In this document: one piece after another, positions 25,932 through 32,000 of the stretch
Numbering within the stretch: the first letter of the stretch is position 1
Layout: each line of letters starts with the position of its first letter
Assembly (NCBI GenBank): GCA_964496765.1
Contig: CAZCAP010000008.1
Location: 1-32,000 of the forward strand
Length of the DNA: 32,000 bases
Source: an uncultured archaeon
Lineage (GTDB): Archaea > Iainarchaeota > Iainarchaeia > Iainarchaeales > CSSED10-239
Direction of reading: 5' to 3'
Made by a program: the position numbers and the translations under genes
The notes under the pieces: generated by a model
What the model was told of the DNA's origin: nothing
Database searches by the model: none
The model's input: the letters and a program-made list of their open reading frames with translations, nothing else

Positions 25932-27189
25932 ATGTTCCCACCCCTTTTAATATAAAATAAATACAAATATGTTCTTCAAGCTCTTTTATTTCACCAATCT
26001 CATATGGTCCATAGGTTTTATTTAATAATTTAAATTTTGGAATTGGTTTTAAGATTTTAATTGTTTTTTTAATATCGGACTTAAAGACAATGGGATCTTT
26101 AAATGGATCAAATCCTTTAAGTTCTTCTTCATCTTTAATTGATTTCGCTAAAAAACCAGTTCCTCCATGAATTGTATCAGGCACTCTTACAATCTTGTAG
26201 ATGTCCTGAGCAACCGAAGGATCTATCTTAAGTTTTATGTTTTCTATTGCTTGATATAGAAAATTACTCCAAAATTTATCCTGTGAGGTAAAATCACTCC
26301 ACAGTATACTATTATGATACATCTTATTTAAAATGACTTCCTTATTTTCATATATAAGCTTTGCTTTTTGAGAAGTTATGTTTAATTTACTTTTAAGTTC
26401 CTTTTCATTTGAATCCCTAATAATTGTTATTAGATAATTAAGTATTTTCTTCCCCCAGCCCTTTGCTTTATCAGGAGAAGGGATGGACCACTGCTTTTTA
26501 TCAATTGTAAACCCTAGCTTTTCAAGATTAATATCATTACCAAGTATATAATGCATCATAATTGCTCTTGATGCTTTTGATAGAGGAATTATCTTTGGAT
26601 CTGTTATTCTCACATGATAACCCTTGGATCCTGAAAAAGAGATGATAAAGTAATTAGGATCTAAGGAAAAATCTTCAACCAGCATATCAATTAGCTTTAA
26701 TGTTTCCTCTTTTGCTTTACCTAGGCATTTTTCACATGTCCATTCAATAACCTCCACAGGGGAACCACATTCTGTGCACTTATCAAGGTGACCATAGCCT
26801 GTTTTGTTACAGACTTCGTTCTTACACACCCATGTATCATGTTCGTTTTTACAGGGGAGATCGAAATCATCAGCATCAAATTCATAGACTATGTCTGCTC
26901 CTGTCCATTCCTTAGCTTCCATTGGTCTTTTTTCTGGATATTTAAAATAACCAACAGAATAGGAGATGTGAAAAGGAACATTCGCTTTAAGATAGAAATT
27001 AAAATCAGTAATCGAATTGAAAAAAAGATGACGAGCGCTTATCTTCTTTCCAAAATCTCCAATTCCAAACTCTCTTGCTTCTGGACTAACTACAGAGGAC
27101 ACCCTATTATTAAGATAATAGTTTTTGAACTTGTTTCTAACATAATTAACTGCATAGGAGTTAAAATAAGTTGAATCAGAGCTGGACAT
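25924..27189 (-). CDS. priS: DNA primase small subunit PriS
   Basis: REFGIGDFGKK...EWTGADIVYEFDADDFDLPC...WTCEKCLGKAKEET...FIISFSGSKGYHVRI. Confidence 0.94.
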   Translation of the reverse strand: MSSSDSTYFNSYAVNYVRNKFKNYYLNNRVSSVVSPEAREFGIGDFGKKISARHLFFNSITDFNFYLKANVPFHISYSVGYFKYPEKRPMEAKEWTGADIVYEFDADDFDLPCKNEHDTWVCKNEVCNKTGYGHLDKCTECGSPVEVIEWTCEKCLGKAKEETLKLIDMLVEDFSLDPNYFIISFSGSKGYHVRITDPKIIPLSKASRAIMMHYILGNDINLEKLGFTIDKKQWSIPSPDKAKGWGKKILNYLITIIRDSNEKELKSKLNITSQKAKLIYENKEVILNKMYHNSILWSDFTSQDKFWSNFLYQAIENIKLKIDPSVAQDIYKIVRVPDTIHGGTGFLAKSIKDEEELKGFDPFKDPIVFKSDIKKTIKILKPIPKFKLLNKTYGPYEIGEIKELEEHICIYFILKGVGTFE

Positions 27190-27227
27190 ACATAATATAT
27201 AGAAAGAAAGAATTAAAAAGAAGAAGT

Positions 27228-29519
27228 TTATTGCTCTCTAATCTCTGAAATCCCATCATTTTCCTTATCTCTTTCTATTATGTATTTATGAGAATTTATG
27301 GTTTCAAGTAGCTTTGTGTCATGGGTTATGATTATTGTTTGAGATATATATTGTGGAATGTCCTCTTCAAGAACCAGGGATAGCATTTCAACTGCTTTTG
27401 TGTCTAGATTATGGGTTGGTTCATCAAGTATTAATAATCCAAGATTCTTGGTTAGGATTAATGCGATTGCTATTCTTATGGATAGAGCTGCACAGGCTCT
27501 CTCTCCTCCGCTTAGGAATCCTTCAACCTTGATCCAGTCTTTTGTTTTTGTTTGGACCTCAAGAATATAATCATTATCTGATTTTAGTCTAGCAGATAAA
27601 TAATCCTTGTATGGATAAACCTTTGGCCAGATAATTGAAAGAGCATCATTTATGTTATCAATTAGAACTTTTCTTAATTGATGTTGACTTACTTCAATTG
27701 ATTTAATAAAGTTTGAGATATCCTGCTTTTTAATTAAATAATTTTCTTTTTTAATTTCCTGTTCTTTTCTTTGGGCTTCAAGTTTTTGGAAATTTGTGAT
27801 TTGTTTTTCTAGATTATCCAATAAAGAAGTACTTGAATTTATTCTCTCTGTTATTGATTTGATTGTGCTTTCTAGATTTATGAAACTAGAATTTATTTTT
27901 ATATATTCATCTTCCTGATACCCAATTGATTTTTGCTTGATATCAAGAATAGAACTTTCCTTTAGAAGTTTGTCTTTTTCTTCTTTCTTTTCAATAATGG
28001 TTATAAAAAGAGAAATTTGGTTTAAGCTAGTTGTTATTTTTTGAAGAGATGAATCATCATCTTTAATTGCAGTTATTGATGTGGTTAATTTCAATATTTC
28101 TGATTGTATTTCCTCTTTTCTTTTATTATTCTGAGAAATGGTTGTTTCTAATTGTTTAATCTTGAGTTCATTTTCTTTTTGTTTGGTAATTAACTTATCC
28201 TGCTGGTCTTCTTCCTGCTTTAGCTTATCTATTTCTTTAGCTATTGATTCAAGATTTTGTTTTTGAGTAACCAACAGCCCTTCTTTATTAATCAATTTGT
28301 TTTGAATATCCTCTTCAGATAATTGAGAATCACATATGGGGCATTTTGAAAAACCTTTCTTAAGTTCCGCTATAGATTTATCTAGTTCGGAAATAGATGA
28401 AAGAATAACTATTTTATCTTGCTTTTGTTTAGAAAGATTATCCTCTAGATTTTTTTTATAAGTGAGAAGGTCGTGGAGAGGGGTTGGTGATTGCTTTTTA
28501 GTGTCCAAGAAATATAATTGTTTTTCTTTCAAATCCAAATCTAAACGATTAAGTTCATGTTCATAGGAAGCTCGTTCACTTGTTAGTTTTATTTTTTTAT
28601 TAATATCTTCTTTTACTCTTTCAAAATCTTTATTTAAATTCACTTTTTCTTTTTCAACACCCTCTAAAGTGTTTGTAGAATAATTCTCATCCAATTTATT
28701 TTTAGTTAGGTAATTATCAATATCTTCGAGTTTAGCTTTTTTAAAGATTAATTCTTTTACACAGGAATCATTATCTTGTTTTTTCTTTTTTTGAATTGCA
28801 AGTTCAGAAACTATATTACTCTCTTTATCTTTTTCAAGAATTAATTCTTTTTTTAATTTATCCAATGTATCTATTACTTCCTTCTTTTGAGCGAACTTTG
28901 TTTCTAAATCAAATGAAAGTATTTGGGAATTAATTTGAGAAATTAATTGGGTTATGGTATTTGTTTCATTATCAATTAACCTATCTAGAGCTCTCGCTCC
29001 ATCTTTGATTGTATCAAGCTTTAGTATTCCAAATAAATCATCAAACTTTTCTTTTCTCTTGCTTGGTTGAATTTTCAAAAAGTAATCTAGTTCATTTTGT
29101 TCAGAATAAACAATCTTAGTGAATAATTCATAATCAACCCCAAGCAACTCTTCAATCTTAGAGGTTACATCTGTTTGCTTAGGCCCTGCAATTAATTTAT
29201 TTTCTAAATATAATTTAGCACTAGTTATTCCCTTATCTGTGATTTCTCTTTCTATCTTATATACTTTTGAATCCAGATTAATAACTAAATTTATTTTTGT
29301 GTTTTCTTTTTTAACTGGTTTGAACATTATTACATCTGTGGTTTTTAGTTTCTTGTTTGAAAGAGAAGGAAAGGTACCATAGAGAGCATAGCATATTCCA
29401 TCTGTTATGCTGGACTTTCCAGAACCAACCTTACCAATAAGTAAATTAGTACCATTTGAGAAATCAAGAGTTGAAGAAAGGTGTGTCTTAAAATTCTCAA
29501 GATAAATAGAAGTTATCAT
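27228..29519 (-). CDS. rad50: Rad50-like SMC-family ATPase
   Basis: Walker A NLLIGKVGSGKSSITDGICYALYG, zinc hook FSKCPICDSQL, signature FLSGGERACAALSIRIAIAL, Walker B LGLLILDEPTHNLD. Confidence 0.93.
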   Translation of the reverse strand: MITSIYLENFKTHLSSTLDFSNGTNLLIGKVGSGKSSITDGICYALYGTFPSLSNKKLKTTDVIMFKPVKKENTKINLVINLDSKVYKIEREITDKGITSAKLYLENKLIAGPKQTDVTSKIEELLGVDYELFTKIVYSEQNELDYFLKIQPSKRKEKFDDLFGILKLDTIKDGARALDRLIDNETNTITQLISQINSQILSFDLETKFAQKKEVIDTLDKLKKELILEKDKESNIVSELAIQKKKKQDNDSCVKELIFKKAKLEDIDNYLTKNKLDENYSTNTLEGVEKEKVNLNKDFERVKEDINKKIKLTSERASYEHELNRLDLDLKEKQLYFLDTKKQSPTPLHDLLTYKKNLEDNLSKQKQDKIVILSSISELDKSIAELKKGFSKCPICDSQLSEEDIQNKLINKEGLLVTQKQNLESIAKEIDKLKQEEDQQDKLITKQKENELKIKQLETTISQNNKRKEEIQSEILKLTTSITAIKDDDSSLQKITTSLNQISLFITIIEKKEEKDKLLKESSILDIKQKSIGYQEDEYIKINSSFINLESTIKSITERINSSTSLLDNLEKQITNFQKLEAQRKEQEIKKENYLIKKQDISNFIKSIEVSQHQLRKVLIDNINDALSIIWPKVYPYKDYLSARLKSDNDYILEVQTKTKDWIKVEGFLSGGERACAALSIRIAIALILTKNLGLLILDEPTHNLDTKAVEMLSLVLEEDIPQYISQTIIITHDTKLLETINSHKYIIERDKENDGISEIREQ

Positions 29520-29624
29520 AGATATATACTAGGTGGATAGTTATAAAAAATAATTCTTTATTTTAGGTTATATTTTAGTTATAGGGGAATATATTTAAAT
29601 TAAATGCCTCAGTAAATTAAATAT

Positions 29625-29822
29625 TTGATGGATATGAAACTAAAGGAACTAATATCTGATTCAAAAGCACAAATATCTGCTGAAATGATCATTCTTCTTG
29701 CTGCAATCATTGCAATTGTACTTGTTGTTGTTACTCAATTACAAAAAACAACTGATAAGGCAAATAAAAAAGTAGAAACCCAAGCAGACAAAGTTTTTGA
29801 TAAGGTTGATGAAATTAATTAA
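29625..29822 (+). CDS. Class III signal peptide protein (type IV pilin-like)
   Basis: SKAQISAEMIILLAAIIAIVLVVVTQLQ matches the QxSxExxxL pattern. Confidence 0.8.
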   Translation: MMDMKLKELISDSKAQISAEMIILLAAIIAIVLVVVTQLQKTTDKANKKVETQADKVFDKVDEIN

Positions 29823-29823
29823 A

Positions 29824-30237
29824 ATGCATAAAGTAAAGGGTCAGGTTTCACTCGAATACATTCTAATAGTTGGAGCAGTCGTTTCTCTTCTTTTAATAAT
29901 TGTAACTAGCTCTAGTATGCTCTATAAAAAGAACATTTCTGCAATCGATGACAGAGAGTTGATTAAAACTGGAGCTGAATTGCAAAATATCTTGGACACT
30001 CTAGAGCTAATGCCCACAGGAACAGAAAAGATTATTGTAATTCCTGAATGGACTTGGACAATAGAGTATAAGGATTATTTAAAGAAAACAATAATTTTAT
30101 CAAATGGAAACAAAGAAAAACCTATTTCATCCATATCTGATATATATCTTGAGAAAAAAAGTATTTCAGAGAAATCAGAAATAATTATTAATAAGATTGA
30201 TAATAAGATATATATCAATATTGAAAAGGTAAAATGA
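29824..30237 (+). CDS. Class III signal peptide protein (type IV pilin-like)
   Basis: MHKVKGQVSLEYILIVGAVVSLLLIIVTSS matches the class III pattern; start moved from 29797 to 29824 (inference). Confidence 0.8.
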   Translation: MHKVKGQVSLEYILIVGAVVSLLLIIVTSSSMLYKKNISAIDDRELIKTGAELQNILDTLELMPTGTEKIIVIPEWTWTIEYKDYLKKTIILSNGNKEKPISSISDIYLEKKSISEKSEIIINKIDNKIYINIEKVK

Positions 30238-30238
30238 A

Positions 30239-30754
30239 ATGGATATTAATTTAACATTATCTCGTGTTTTCTTTCCTGGAATAATTCTGCATGAACTAAG
30301 CCATGCAATTGCCTGTGTGGCTCTGGGTGTGAAGATAAAGAAAATCAAATGGATAAGCAAAGAAGGCGGATTTGTTATTCATGAACATAATAAATCATAT
30401 AAAACAATAATTATCTCTCTTATTCCTTTCTTTTTAAATATTGTTTATGCAATTGCCTGCGCTCTATTATTCACCATGGGAGTTGGACCTGTTCTAAAAG
30501 TGTTATTGCTTTGGATCGGGGGGAGTGCATTATTTTTTTGTTTACCAAGCAAGGATGATGCAAAGAATGTTTTTGATTCTGTTAGGGAGAGCTATACAAA
30601 AAAGCAATCCCTTCTAAGATGGTTATACAAGATAATTTTAATTCCAATAACTCTAATTGTATTAATCCTTTCATGGTTATTTAGATTGCTAGATGAATCT
30701 TTATTTTTTAGATTACTTTTAATAATTGTTTGGATATATATATTTTTAATTTAA
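30239..30754 (+). CDS. Multi-pass membrane protein with HExxH motif (putative M50-like metallopeptidase)
   Basis: 171 aa: FFPGIILHELSHAIACVALGVKIKKIKW plus several TM segments. Confidence 0.6.
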   Translation: MDINLTLSRVFFPGIILHELSHAIACVALGVKIKKIKWISKEGGFVIHEHNKSYKTIIISLIPFFLNIVYAIACALLFTMGVGPVLKVLLLWIGGSALFFCLPSKDDAKNVFDSVRESYTKKQSLLRWLYKIILIPITLIVLILSWLFRLLDESLFFRLLLIIVWIYIFLI

Positions 30755-30945
30755 AGATGGTGATAGGAGAAGTTAGATAGGGAATATCTTGTTTGAATAT
30801 CAAAATATAAATCATTAAATTCATTGATTTTCATCAAAAACAACAATTTAAAAACCATTTTCTGCACTATATAATATACATTATAGGAAGTTTGTTAAGG
30901 TATATATATTTGATGTTACATATATATAATTAGGGGGTTAATATT

Positions 30946-31695
30946 ATGATTAGATTAAGTGTTAAGGATATTAAAGAATTTAATAAGAGCATAGATGCTA
31001 TTGGTGTATTAATTAATGAAGGATTATTTGTTGTTGATAAAGAAAAAATATATTTAAGAGCAACAGATCCATCTCAAATTAGTTTAATTGATTTCGTAAT
31101 GCCAAAAGATGCATTCGATGAATTTGTTGTTGATCTAGGTTCTGAATTAAAAATTTCATTTGGAATAAATATTAATAATCTTTTACAAATATTATCTCAT
31201 TCAAATGCTGATGATAAGCTTCTACTTGAGATCAAAGAAAATAAATCAAATATATTAATTGAACTTGTTGGAAAATCAAGAAGAGCATTTACAATACCTT
31301 TAATTGATGTTTCTGATCAGGAACAACCTATACCCAAAATCCAATCAGATGTTACTGTTCAAATAAATGGAGAACAACTTCTTTCTGGAATTAAGGATGC
31401 AACCTTATTTTCTTCACACATAACATTAAAGGCAGAAGATAATAAGTTCAGCATGGAAACACAAAGCAGTAAAGGTAAGTTCAAGCAGGACATAGATGCA
31501 GAATCAAAGAACGTAGTGATTTCTGGAAACAAGGCAAAAGCAATGTATCCACTTGATTATCTACAGAACATGATTAAGAATTCAAAGGGAATCATCACAA
31601 TTAAGCTTAAAGATGACATGCCACTTGAATTAAGTTATACCATAGGTAAGGCAGCAATAAGATACTTCCTTGCTCCAAGAGTAGATTCAGAATAA
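30946..31695 (+). CDS. pcn: DNA polymerase sliding clamp (PCNA)
   Basis: 249 aa: LINEGLFVVDKEKIYLRATDPSQISLIDFVMPKDAFDEF...LSYTIGKAAIRYFLAPRVDSE. Confidence 0.95.
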   Translation: MIRLSVKDIKEFNKSIDAIGVLINEGLFVVDKEKIYLRATDPSQISLIDFVMPKDAFDEFVVDLGSELKISFGININNLLQILSHSNADDKLLLEIKENKSNILIELVGKSRRAFTIPLIDVSDQEQPIPKIQSDVTVQINGEQLLSGIKDATLFSSHITLKAEDNKFSMETQSSKGKFKQDIDAESKNVVISGNKAKAMYPLDYLQNMIKNSKGIITIKLKDDMPLELSYTIGKAAIRYFLAPRVDSE

Positions 31696-31721
31696 TGAAT
31701 CAACTCTTTTTTTCTATTTTT

Positions 31722-32000
31722 TATTGAATTAGTTTTAGTTCTCTTAATCTCTTTCTGGTTTTTTCATTTTCTAATTCAAGAGTAAATGAAGGAACAGCAA
31801 ACAACACATCAGATGCTTCTTTTCTATGAAGATGTTTAACTTTACCATCTAGTGTTATAATTTCAAACTCAGGAATTAATGGGCTATACTCTTTATAGCT
31901 AATTATTTGTTTAATACCTTTTTCCTTAAGAAATTGATAGAATAAATCAAGTTGACCTTTATGGTATCTAACATTATAGTGATCTGCAATCCCAGGGTGC
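31722..32000 (-). CDS. C-terminal part of an unidentified protein, 5' end outside the window
   Basis: Minus strand reads ...KGIKQIISYKEYSPLIPEFEIITLDGKVKHLHRKEASDVLFAVPSFTLELENEKTRKRLRELKLIQ*, with a plausible upstream continuation that appears to need a 1-nt frame change near 31920. Confidence 0.4.

Noticed and set aside
25924-29519. Plus-strand ORFs antisense to priS and rad50 (26788..27174, 27335..27532, 27358..27570)
   Set aside because: Shadows of strongly supported genes on the minus strand.

Overview
This is a 32 kb archaeal chromosomal segment (A+T-rich, gene-dense; gene content and class III signal peptides suggest a DPANN-type archaeon, which is inference only). Most of it is core information-processing machinery: CCA-adding enzyme, Dph2, Fap7-like kinase, aCPSF1 ribonuclease, proteasome beta subunit, FKBP-type PPIase, Hel308, TruD, aRF1, HerA, PAC2 protein, aIF2alpha, GINS, PriS, Rad50 and PCNA, plus three tRNAs. 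The strongest unusual feature is a complete ~506-aa LAGLIDADG intein, with an embedded XRE-like helix-turn-helix segment, inserted directly after the catalytic GGQ motif of release factor aRF1. Other points of interest are: a tRNA-Ser whose anticodon loop reads AGA (A34 is very unusual in Archaea); a 24-nt element (21/24 identical) at the same position upstream of the TATA boxes of two accessory genes (AlbA_2/HATPase-type regulator and Bro-N/DinD-like protein, the latter divergent from hel308); a NADAR gene beside the AlbA_2 gene; an in-frame 12-bp minisatellite; a structured non-coding spacer; and a pilin-like gene pair followed by an HExxH membrane protein. No CRISPR array, rRNA or transposase was recognised.
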